NCBI GenBank assembly: GCA_964431915.1
Contig: CAYSLI010000001.1
Span: 47,240 to 111,239 of the forward strand
Reading direction: 5' to 3'
Source of the DNA: an uncultured Candidatus Saccharibacteria bacterium
GTDB taxonomy: Bacteria; Patescibacteriota; Minisyncoccia; Minisyncoccales; CAZKCU01
Length of the DNA: 64,000 bases
A model generated the notes under the pieces. The model saw only the letters and a program-made list of their open reading frames with translations, had not been told where the DNA came from and searched no databases. Numbering within the stretch: the stretch's first letter is position 1; every line of letters begins with the position of its first letter. The position numbers and the translations under genes were made by a program. Below, one piece after another: positions 43,503-50,869 of this stretch.

Positions 43503-43563
43503 ATTTATATGGTATCATGATTTTTGATTTTATTCATCTTTAAAATATGTTAAACTAAAAAAA

Positions 43564-44745
43564 ATGACCAAAATTAATAAGCAAAAAGTCAAAGAACTTT
43601 TAACCGGGGGGGTAGAGGAAGTAATAATCAAGGAGCATTTAGAGGAGAGATTGTTAAATGGTGAGAGATTACGAGTAAAGTTTGGGATTGATCCTACGGC
43701 AGATATTTTACATTTAGGCCACTCTGTTCCCTTATGGGAATTGCGCCAACTTCAGGATTTAGGACATCAAATTATTTTTCTTATCGGAGATTTTACAGCT
43801 AAAATTGGCGACCCTACTGGCAGAATTAACTCAAGGACTTCTCTTTCTTCCCAAGCTATAAAAAGAAACATGCGTAATTATACAGCCCAAGTAGGCCTGA
43901 TTTTAAACTTAGACAAAGTAGAAATACGTTATAACAGCGAGTGGTGGGACAAAATGGAGCCCAGAGAAATAATGATCCTTGCCTCTAAAGTAACTTACGG
44001 ACAAATTTCTGCCCGAGCTGATTTTAAAAAAAGACTAAAAGAAGACAAAGATTTTACCTTGGAAGAATTTATCTATCCGGTGCTGCAAGGATACGATTCG
44101 GTGGAGCTCAAGGCCGATGTTGAGATTGGAGGCACAGACCAGAAATTTAATATGCTTATGGGGCGGCGGATTCAAAAAAGATACGGCCAAAGACCTCAAG
44201 ATGTCATAACCTGTCCTCTTCTGGAAGGATTAGACGGCAAAGAAAAAATGAGTAAATCCCTTAACAACTATATTACTCTCACCGAAAAGCCAAATAAAAT
44301 GTACGGAAAGATTATGTCCATTCCCGATGATTTAACCAAAAAATACTTTGAATTAACAACAAAATTAAGTAAAGAAAGTATTAAAGAAATTTTAAAAGAA
44401 AAACCGCATTTAGCTAAAGCCAGATTGGCCAAAGAAATTGTAAAATTATATCATGGAGAAAAAAAAGGCCTTTTGGCTGAAAAAGAATTTAATCGCATCT
44501 TCAGAGAAAAAAAACTACCGGCAAAAATTCCAGAAATTCAAATTCGAAAAAAGAAGATTGCTTTACTTGACCTTCTCTTAAAAACAAAATTAGCCCTTTC
44601 TAAGTCTGAGGCTAAAAGATTAGTTCTTCAAAAAGGAGTGAAAATAGATAGCCAGATTCAGGAAGACTGGCAAAAAGTTATAGAAATAAAAAAAGGACAG
44701 ATTGTCCAAGTAGGAAAAAGAAAATTCGTCAAGATTGATGTCTGA
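43564..44745 (+). CDS. tyrS: tyrosine--tRNA ligase
   Basis: DILHLGH (HIGH) and KMSKSLNN motifs. C-terminal S4-like domain. Confidence 0.95.
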   Translation: MTKINKQKVKELLTGGVEEVIIKEHLEERLLNGERLRVKFGIDPTADILHLGHSVPLWELRQLQDLGHQIIFLIGDFTAKIGDPTGRINSRTSLSSQAIKRNMRNYTAQVGLILNLDKVEIRYNSEWWDKMEPREIMILASKVTYGQISARADFKKRLKEDKDFTLEEFIYPVLQGYDSVELKADVEIGGTDQKFNMLMGRRIQKRYGQRPQDVITCPLLEGLDGKEKMSKSLNNYITLTEKPNKMYGKIMSIPDDLTKKYFELTTKLSKESIKEILKEKPHLAKARLAKEIVKLYHGEKKGLLAEKEFNRIFREKKLPAKIPEIQIRKKKIALLDLLLKTKLALSKSEAKRLVLQKGVKIDSQIQEDWQKVIEIKKGQIVQVGKRKFVKIDV

Positions 44746-44747
44746 TT

Positions 44748-44775
44748 AAAACCCCGCTTTAAAAAGCGGGGTTTT
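44748..44775. terminator. bidirectional rho-independent terminator (tyrS / convergent small acidic ORF)
   Basis: AAAACCCCGC-TTTAAAAA-GCGGGGTTTT. Confidence 0.78.
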
Positions 44776-44784
44776 AATCAACTC

Positions 44785-44952
44785 CTAAACTTCCTCTTTC
44801 TTTTCTTCCTCTGCGGGAGTTTCCTCTGCGGGAGTTTCCTCTGCGGGAGTTTCCTCTGCGGGAGTTTCTGCAGGAGGAGTTTCAGGAGTTTCTCCGGGAG
44901 TCTCTGGCTCTTGATTAATAACCGGAGTTAAAATTTTTTCTTTGTAAGTCAT
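44785..44952 (-). CDS. 55-aa acidic Pro/Glu/Thr repeat protein (not in ORF track, <60 aa)
   Basis: ATG 44952 ... TAG 44787-44785. MTYKEKILTPVINQEPETPGETPETPPAETPAEETPAEETPAEETPAEEEKKEEV. Preceded by a consensus promoter and followed by a terminator. Confidence 0.5.
   Translation of the reverse strand: MTYKEKILTPVINQEPETPGETPETPPAETPAEETPAEETPAEETPAEEEKKEEV
44808..44867 (-). repeat. 15-bp tandem repeat x4 (CCTCTGCGGGAGTTT), coding for (ETPAE)n
   Basis: Four perfect 15-mers read directly, with degenerate copies continuing to ~44900. Confidence 0.95.
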
Positions 44953-45045
44953 AATTAATTCTCTTTATTAAATTTTATTAATTTTTATTCAATTGTTTTC
45001 GACCTTTTCAATCTCTCTATTAGCCATTTTCTAAAGGATACAAGG

Positions 45046-45074
45046 ATTATAGTTTTTTGAAAAAAGTTTGTCAA
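45046..45074 (-). promoter_or_regulatory. consensus sigma70-type promoter driving the small acidic ORF
   Basis: Minus strand TTGACA (45074-45069), 17-nt spacer, TATAAT (45051-45046). Perfect match to both hexamers. Confidence 0.6.
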
Positions 45075-45129
45075 GTCCTCTATACAAAAGTTTTAAAATT
45101 TTGGGCATAGAACTCTCTTCTCTCTTTAT

Positions 45130-45459
45130 TTAAATTAGTTCTATTTTAAAATTCTTTTTCTTTTTCGACCACGCCCAAATTTCTACTGGAGCTCCAAAAG
45201 AATTTTTGGAGCTTATTTTATTCTTTTTTAAAAAGTTTTGTATTTTCTTTCTTCTTGCCGATAAATTAGAAACAGTGGTCAATTGGATAAATTTAAGACT
45301 TCCTACTCCTTTTTTACAGCAGATAATATCAAAAACCCCAAAGATGTCATTTTGTTTAAATTTTACTTTTGAAGGAGTCCAATAAATCCAATTTCTATCT
45401 TCTAGAAATTGAATTGCTTTTTTTCTGATTTCAGCTTCTTTTCTAGTGTTATTAGACAT
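45130..45459 (-). CDS. small hypothetical protein with Hjc/VRR-NUC-like (PD-(D/E)xK fold) sequence pattern, downstream of yebC
   Basis: 109 aa. KEAEIRKKAIQFLEDRNW...NDIFGVFDIICCKKG...LKFIQLTT...LSARRKKIQNFL resembles the E...D...ExK...Q layout, but with Q-L-T in place of E-x-K. Confidence 0.4.
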   Translation of the reverse strand: MSNNTRKEAEIRKKAIQFLEDRNWIYWTPSKVKFKQNDIFGVFDIICCKKGVGSLKFIQLTTVSNLSARRKKIQNFLKKNKISSKNSFGAPVEIWAWSKKKKNFKIELI

Positions 45460-45467
45460 AGTGGTTA

Positions 45468-46190
45468 TTATGTTTTCAGATTGGAATAAATTTCTTGAAC
45501 TGCTTCTGATCCGTCTAGGGCCTTAAAAAGTTTTTGACAGGTTTCTTTTGTTTTTGCATCAACAGAAATTTCTTCTTTTGCCATCCAGTCCAGAGAAGTG
45601 GAATCAATTTTAATTCCTTTTTCTTCTAAATTTTTCTTTACTTTTTCTAATCCCTCGATTTTTGTATAAACATCCAAAAGATTATTATGCCAATATATAT
45701 CTTCTGCCCCGGCCTCAATCGCTAAGAGCTCTAAATCTTCTTTATTTTTAAAATCTTCAATCAAATTTACAATAATACAACCTTTTCTTTCAAATAGCCA
45801 TTTCACTGAGCCAGCATCAGCCAGTTTTCCATTGTTTTGATTTAAAATTTGTTTAACTTCAGCCAGAGTTCGATTTTTATTATCGGTGATTCCTTCAATA
45901 ATAATTGCAATTCCACCGGGACCATAAGCCTCGAAAATAAACTGTTCTAATTTTTCAACAGAAATCTCGCCCGTACCTCTTTTTATCGCTCTTTCTATAT
46001 TCTCCTTTGGTAAGGCAAAAGTCTTAGCTTCTTCTAACGCCCGTCGTAGTTGAGGATTGGTTTCCGGGTCACCACCTTCTCTGGCAGCAATTGAAATCAT
46101 CCGAGCCAGCTTTGAAAATACCTTACCTCTTTGGGCGTCGGTAATTTGTTTCTTGTGTAAGATTTTTTTAGCGTGGGAATGACCTGACAT
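45468..46190 (-). CDS. yebC: YebC/PmpR family DNA-binding transcriptional regulator
   Basis: MSGHSHAKKILHKK...RGKxFSKLxRxIxxAAREGGxDPxxNPxLR canonical YebC N-terminus. Confidence 0.92.
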   Translation of the reverse strand: MSGHSHAKKILHKKQITDAQRGKVFSKLARMISIAAREGGDPETNPQLRRALEEAKTFALPKENIERAIKRGTGEISVEKLEQFIFEAYGPGGIAIIIEGITDNKNRTLAEVKQILNQNNGKLADAGSVKWLFERKGCIIVNLIEDFKNKEDLELLAIEAGAEDIYWHNNLLDVYTKIEGLEKVKKNLEEKGIKIDSTSLDWMAKEEISVDAKTKETCQKLFKALDGSEAVQEIYSNLKT

Positions 46191-46214
46191 AATTTAATCT
46201 TATTTTAATTTTTT

Positions 46215-47180
46215 CTATAAATCAACCCTGCTTATCAGTTTCTTTTTTAAGACTAAGATTATTATTCCTGAGGAAATGGCGAGAGCCAAAGCAATTAATA
46301 AAATAAATAAAGACTTTGAGGGTTTTGAGATTTGTAGACCTGCGGCTGCTAATTCTCTTTTTGTTTCAGGTTCAGTAGCAGATTTATCTTTCAAAGGTTC
46401 AGTCTCTGTTTTTTCTTCTGGCTGAGCAAAAGGAATAAAATTTGCTACCCCAGGGGTTAAATTCGTGTTCCAGGCCCAATCAGAGTTAATAAGGTTATAG
46501 GACTGACCTCGGGGTGCTTTTTCATAATTTACCGTATCTAATATATTTCCATCGGGTTGGCTAAGATTCAGGCCATCACCGCTATTATTTAATGTGATTT
46601 TGGTAGTGGGACGAGAGAGAGTTAAAAAACCTTTGGGGCTAATTTTTGCTTCTTCTGGGAAAGTATAAATCTTGGTACTGCCAATCGTGTCAGTAATTTG
46701 CCATTTAGAAAGATTAACTTCAAAATTATTCTGATTAAAAATTTCAATCCATTCATTTTCGCTATCCGGCCCTTCGGGCGAGGGGAGGATTTCGTTGAAA
46801 ATGATTTCCCCTGGATAACTCTGCAGAGCCCCGGTTTCTGTTCGCGGTTCTTGTTGGATATTTGGTTCCGTCTCTGGCTGAAATTCTGGCTGAGATTCAG
46901 GACCGACCCAGGCCAAACCTTGTTCTTTAATGTCCCTGAGTCTCTCTTTACCTATGCCTTTTACTTTAGTAAGTTCATCTAAAGAAAAGAGCGGCCTTAG
47001 GGAAACCAATTCTTCCGCCCTACTTTTACCTATATGAATAATTTTAATTAAATCTTCAATGGGAGCGGTATTAATATCTATTTTTTCTGCAGCAAAAATA
47101 AAGTTAGCTGGAAATATTCCAGCTAACCCTAAACAAAAAAAAATAAGAAGGGAAATCGTTACTCTTGACAAATTTCTCAT
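46215..47180 (-). CDS. ComEA-like helix-hairpin-helix DNA-binding protein fused to a lamin-tail domain, with N-terminal signal/TM and C-terminal TM anchor
   Basis: INTAPIEDLIKIxHIGKSRAEELV...LTKVKGIGKERLRDI (HhH x2). IIFNEILPSPEGPDSENEWIEIFNxxNFEVNLSKWQI (LTD motif). C-terminal LFILLIALALAISSGIIILVLKKK. Confidence 0.75.
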   Translation of the reverse strand: MRNLSRVTISLLIFFCLGLAGIFPANFIFAAEKIDINTAPIEDLIKIIHIGKSRAEELVSLRPLFSLDELTKVKGIGKERLRDIKEQGLAWVGPESQPEFQPETEPNIQQEPRTETGALQSYPGEIIFNEILPSPEGPDSENEWIEIFNQNNFEVNLSKWQITDTIGSTKIYTFPEEAKISPKGFLTLSRPTTKITLNNSGDGLNLSQPDGNILDTVNYEKAPRGQSYNLINSDWAWNTNLTPGVANFIPFAQPEEKTETEPLKDKSATEPETKRELAAAGLQISKPSKSLFILLIALALAISSGIIILVLKKKLISRVDL

Positions 47181-47206
47181 AGCTTGTTATAATGAGTGTT
47201 ATAATT

Positions 47207-47332
47207 AACCCCGGAGCTGGGGGCCCCTGGAATTTTTCAAAGATGGATAATTTGGCTTAGGCGAAATTACCCCTCGGAAAAATTCTAACTTCGTGTTCCT
47301 AAAACTCAAGCTTGGCCCCCTGCTCCGGGGTT
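47207..47332. repeat. 126-bp GC-rich unit bounded by 19-bp inverted repeats (MITE-like or long-stem RNA)
   Basis: AACCCCGGAGCTGGGGGCC (47207-47225) versus GGCCCCCTGCTCCGGGGTT (47314-47332), 18/19 complementary. The interior shows no obvious pairing. Confidence 0.5.
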
Positions 47333-47398
47333 TATTTATTCACGCGAGCCGAGCGAGCGCAGCAAGCAAGGCGAAGCGTTAAAATGAAAGAGGAGATT

Positions 47399-48739
47399 TC
47401 ATTGCATTCCGGTTACTCTTTCCACCTCTCCAATTGTAGTAATTCCTTTCAAGACCTTTATTATCCCGTCTTGGTACATAGTGAGCATTCCTTTTTTTAT
47501 AGCTTTTTCTTTTAGGGCTGAAATTGAAGGTGAAGTTAAAATAAATCTTTCCATCTCATCGTCAACTAAAAAAGCCTCAGAAATCCCGATTCGACCCTTA
47601 AAACCTGTAAAATTACAATCTTTACATCCTTTAGCTTGAGGGATTTTTAAGGCAGCAGAACTTTTACCCTTTGACAATAGAGAGGCCCCATTAGGAAGAT
47701 TGACTATTTCCTTTGGGACGTTCTTAAGGGTTTTTTTAATTTTTTTAAAATCAGATGAGGAGGTTTTTTCAAACTTCACGCATTTCTGGCAAACTTTTCT
47801 GACCAATCTTTGGGCGATAACCATGTTTATCGCCGGAGCAATGTTTACTGGTTTTTCTCCCAGGGCTTTCAACCTGACCACTGTTCCAGCAGCATCATTG
47901 GTATGCAGGGTAGTTAAAACTAAATGGCCGGTTACGGCTGCCTGGAGACTAATCTTGGCGGTTTCCATATCTCTTATTTCTCCTACTAAAATTACATCAG
48001 GATCTTGGCGCATAATGGATTTGAGGCCTGAGGCAAAATCATAACCTTTTTCCGGAGAAATTTGAGTCTGGGAAATCCCTTTTAAATGATACTCAATAGG
48101 GTCTTCAATAGTTATAATTTTAATCTCTGGTTTTTGGATTTTTTTTAAAAAAGCATACAGAGTTGTACTTTTCCCGCAGCCGGTAGGCCCGGTAACAATA
48201 ATCATTCCATTCGGCCTTTTTATTTCCTTTTTAAAAATTTCTAATAAATCTTTTCTCACTCCTAATTGTTCAATCTCAATTAGGCCTTTTGGGTTCAAAA
48301 TTCTCAGGACGATTGATTCTCCATACTCGGCCGGCAAGGTTGAGGCCCTGATTTCAATTTCTGTTTTTTTCTTTAGAATAGAAAACCGGCCATCCTGAGG
48401 CCGGTCAGTAATATTTAATTTAATTCCAGAAAGAAGCTTAATCCGAGAGAGAAGGGTTTGATATGTTTTTAAATCAAAAATTATTACATCTTGTAAGATT
48501 CCATCAATTCTGGCTCGGATTTTAGCTTGATTTTCTTCTGGCTCGATGTGAATGTCAGAGGCCTTGAGAATTATTCCTCCTCCCAAAATGATTTCTAAAA
48601 TTTCCGAGACACTCTTTTTTAAAAACTCTTCAATCTTTTTCTTAAAATCAGAAATATTTTTTATTTTCTTTTGAGTCTCAGCAAGTATTTTAGAAGAGAT
48701 TTCTATTGAACCTGTAATTTTTTTTGAAACTTTATTCAT
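47399..48739 (-). CDS. pilB: type IV pilus / type II secretion assembly ATPase (PilB/GspE family, short form)
   Basis: Walker A GPTGCGKST, Asp box, Walker B (DPDVILVGEIRD), His box (GHLVLTTLHTND), C-terminal tetracysteine CQKC...CKDC. Confidence 0.9.
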   Translation of the reverse strand: MNKVSKKITGSIEISSKILAETQKKIKNISDFKKKIEEFLKKSVSEILEIILGGGIILKASDIHIEPEENQAKIRARIDGILQDVIIFDLKTYQTLLSRIKLLSGIKLNITDRPQDGRFSILKKKTEIEIRASTLPAEYGESIVLRILNPKGLIEIEQLGVRKDLLEIFKKEIKRPNGMIIVTGPTGCGKSTTLYAFLKKIQKPEIKIITIEDPIEYHLKGISQTQISPEKGYDFASGLKSIMRQDPDVILVGEIRDMETAKISLQAAVTGHLVLTTLHTNDAAGTVVRLKALGEKPVNIAPAINMVIAQRLVRKVCQKCVKFEKTSSSDFKKIKKTLKNVPKEIVNLPNGASLLSKGKSSAALKIPQAKGCKDCNFTGFKGRIGISEAFLVDDEMERFILTSPSISALKEKAIKKGMLTMYQDGIIKVLKGITTIGEVERVTGMQ

Positions 48740-48796
48740 GGTAAAATGAAAAAGAATTTTGTTATTTTAATTTATCTCATCTTTTTAAAAAAGTCA

Positions 48797-49282
48797 ATGA
48801 AAATAAAATCTTTGACCACCAACCCATCTCAAACAAGAAAATTAGGGGGGATATTAGCTAAAGAAATTTTAAGAACTAAAATTAAAAAAACCGCCTTTGT
48901 TATCGGGCTTGAAGGAGACCTCGGTGGTGGGAAAACCACTTTTTTACAGGGCTTTGCCAGAGGGTTAGGAGTGAAGCAGAAAATTTTAAGCCCTACCTTC
49001 GTAATTTTGAAAAAATTCAAAATACCGAGAAAAAAAACTGTTCATTGTTTATTGTCCGCTGTTCGTTGGTTTTATCATATTGATTGTTATCGCATCCAAA
49101 AACCAAAAGAAATTTTAGATTTGGGTTTTAAAGAAATTATCTCTAATCCCAAAAATATCGTTACCATTGAATGGGCTGACCGTATCCGAAAAATATTACC
49201 CAAAAATAGTATAATACTAAAATTTGAGTTTATTGGTCAGAATAAAAGAAAGATAAAAATTGGACAGAGTGGTCGGTTTTAG
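48797..49282 (+). CDS. tsaE: tRNA threonylcarbamoyladenosine biosynthesis protein TsaE
   Basis: P-loop GDLGGGKTTFLQGFARGLG, SPTFxI, HxDxYR (YHIDCYR). ATG 48797 preferred over 48746, whose N-terminal extension has no TsaE counterpart. Confidence 0.85.
   Translation: MKIKSLTTNPSQTRKLGGILAKEILRTKIKKTAFVIGLEGDLGGGKTTFLQGFARGLGVKQKILSPTFVILKKFKIPRKKTVHCLLSAVRWFYHIDCYRIQKPKEILDLGFKEIISNPKNIVTIEWADRIRKILPKNSIILKFEFIGQNKRKIKIGQSGRF
49038..49072 (+). repeat. heptanucleotide-period block (CTGTTCA TTGTTTA TTGTCCG CTGTTCG TTGGTTT) inside tsaE
   Basis: Five 7-mers of the TTGTTYR type read directly. Translated as ...TVHCLLSAVRWF... just before the HxDxYR motif. Confidence 0.75.
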
Positions 49283-49319
49283 GATTTACCAAAGAATTGG
49301 TGCTTTGAGATTTCGAATT

Positions 49320-49342
49320 AACCTTCCTTCGAAGGTTTTTTT
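49320..49342 (+). terminator. rho-independent terminator after tsaE
   Basis: AACCTTC-CTTC-GAAGGTT followed by TTTTT. Confidence 0.7.
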
Positions 49343-49359
49343 AATTTATGTTAAAATAA

Positions 49360-49425
49360 ACCCAGTAGAAGAATTTCGACAATTTTAAAAAATTTGAGAA
49401 GCAAGTCGAAATTTCTCTACTGGGT
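49360..49425 (+). promoter_or_regulatory. 21-bp imperfect inverted repeat forming a long hairpin in the 5' leader of the 5'-3' exonuclease gene
   Basis: ACCCAGTAGAAGAATTTCGAC ... GTCGAAATTTCTCTACTGGGT (about 19/21 pairing, 24-nt loop), ending 6 nt before the ATG. Confidence 0.45.
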
Positions 49426-49431
49426 AAAACA

Positions 49432-50391
49432 ATGAACGGCAAGAAAAAACGCTTGATAATTATTGACAGCAATTCTTTAATCCACCGGGCTTATCATGCT
49501 TTACCGCCATTAACTACAAAAAAAGGAGAATTGATTAATGCTGTTTATGGTTTTTTATTGGTTTTTTTGAAAGTCCTGAAGGAATTTCAACCAGATTTTA
49601 TTGCAGCTTGTTTTGATTTACCGGGTCCGACTTTCCGTCATAAAAAATTTAAGGGATATAAAGCAAAAAGGCCTCCAACTCCAGAAGAACTGTGTCGGCA
49701 AATTCCAAAGGTAAAAGAAGTTTTAAGAGGATTTAGCGTTCCCATTTTTGAAAAAGAGGGATTTGAAGCCGATGACATTATTGGGACTATTTCCAAACTT
49801 GCTCCAAAAAAACAAGTAATACCTGAAATTGGAACCGTTATTTTAAGCGGCGACTTGGACACTTTGCAGTTAGTTAATCCTTGCACCAAAGTTTATGTCT
49901 TAAGAAAAGGGGTAAAAGATATTGTTTTATACGATGAAAATTTAGTTAAAGAAAAATTTCAAGGGTTGGTCCCAGAACAAATTTTAGATTTTAAATCATT
50001 AAGAGGAGATGCTTCAGACAATATTCCCGGCGTTACCGGAATTGGCGAAAAAACAGCGATTGAACTTCTCTTAAAATTTGGAAGTTTAGAGAACATATAC
50101 AAAGAGATCGAAGAAGATGAACCTTCTTCTCTCTCCTCCGCTGCGGCTCGGGAGATCGAAGAAGAAAATCCTGAGAAAGCAAAAAATCTTAAACCAAAGC
50201 TAAAAGAAATTCTTTTAAAATATAAAGAACAAGCTTTTCTTTCTAAAACTTTGGCTCAAATTAATAAAAATACTCCAATAGATTTTAATTTAGAAAAATG
50301 CCGCTGGAGAGACTATGATAAAGAAAAAGTAATTCAAATTTTAAAAAACTTAGAATTTTATAGTTTATTAGAAAGACTGCCAAAAGCTTAA
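49432..50391 (+). CDS. 5'-3' exonuclease (FEN/Pol I N-terminal domain homologue) carrying an in-frame copy of the repeat element
   Basis: LIIIDSNSLIHRAYHALP, GFEADDIIGT, LSGDLDTLQLV, LRGDASDNIPGVxGIGEKTA (H3TH) motifs. Insert ...DEPSSLSSAAAR... Confidence 0.9.
   Translation: MNGKKKRLIIIDSNSLIHRAYHALPPLTTKKGELINAVYGFLLVFLKVLKEFQPDFIAACFDLPGPTFRHKKFKGYKAKRPPTPEELCRQIPKVKEVLRGFSVPIFEKEGFEADDIIGTISKLAPKKQVIPEIGTVILSGDLDTLQLVNPCTKVYVLRKGVKDIVLYDENLVKEKFQGLVPEQILDFKSLRGDASDNIPGVTGIGEKTAIELLLKFGSLENIYKEIEEDEPSSLSSAAAREIEEENPEKAKNLKPKLKEILLKYKEQAFLSKTLAQINKNTPIDFNLEKCRWRDYDKEKVIQILKNLEFYSLLERLPKA
50108..50153 (+). repeat. GC-rich hairpin repeat element, copy E (short form), sense and in frame inside the exonuclease gene, flanked by a 14-bp direct repeat
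   Basis: TCGAAGAAGATGAACCTTCTTCTCTCTCCTCCGCTGCGGCTCGGGA. GAGATCGAAGAAGA occurs at 50104-50117 and again at 50152-50165 (48-nt spacing = 16 codons). Confidence 0.8.
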
Positions 50392-50422
50392 AAATTTAAA
50401 GAGGCGTTAATTTTATGATAAA

Positions 50423-50869
50423 ATGGAATTAGAAATTGCTCGGCTTTTTCCTTCTTATCTAAATTATCCCATTTCAGAATATATGTTTCCTTCCTTACGT
50501 ACTATTTTAACTATTTTAATTGTCCTGGGAGTTGGCGGGGTTGTTTTCGCTATTATCGGAAATAAATTAAATTATTTTCGAGCCATTTTTAGCCAAAGAA
50601 GTGAAAAACTCGAGAAAAAGGTTAAAGAGAAAACCAAAGAGTTAGAAGAAGCCAGAACAATTCTTGAAATTAAAATTAGAGCCAGAACCTTAGCCTTACA
50701 AGAAGAAAAAGCCAGTCTTGAGGAAAGAGTTGAAGAGAGGACTAGAGAACTTCAAAAAAAAATTGAGGAATTAGAAAGGTTCCAAAAAGCAGCTGTTGGC
50801 CGGGAATTAAAAATGATAGAACTGAAAAAAGAAATTAAAAAATTAAAAAAAGGCAAGAATAAAAAATGA
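50423..50869 (+). CDS. membrane-anchored coiled-coil protein (first gene of the two-component cluster)
   Basis: One TM helix (LTILIVLGVGGVVFAIIG), then a heptad-rich helix ending ...AAVGRELKMIELKKEIKKLKK, a motif also seen in signalling-protein linkers. Confidence 0.5.
   Translation: MELEIARLFPSYLNYPISEYMFPSLRTILTILIVLGVGGVVFAIIGNKLNYFRAIFSQRSEKLEKKVKEKTKELEEARTILEIKIRARTLALQEEKASLEERVEERTRELQKKIEELERFQKAAVGRELKMIELKKEIKKLKKGKNKK

Noticed and set aside
43503-43563. T-box or other leader upstream of aminoacyl-tRNA synthetase genes (tyrS, leuS, metG, argS, glyQS, ileS)
   Set aside because: The upstream spacers are only ~4-70 nt or the genes overlap their neighbours. That is too short for a T-box (~200 nt).
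44808-44900. Possible CRISPR array (15-bp repeats), and the heptamer arrays elsewhere
   Set aside because: The units are contiguous tandem repeats with no spacers of 25-40 bp, no cas genes are present, and the repeat length is far too short. They are micro/minisatellites, not CRISPR.
47312-47515. 67-aa plus-strand ORF spanning the GC-rich inverted-repeat arm and the 3' end of pilB (antisense)
   Set aside because: It overlaps pilB antisense and begins in the inverted-repeat arm. There is no coding signature.
48746-48796. N-terminal extension of TsaE (MKKNFVILIYLIFLKKS-)
   Set aside because: The hydrophobic extension has no counterpart in the TsaE family. Starting at ATG 48797 leaves a sensible divergent promoter spacer with pilB. 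Moderate confidence only.
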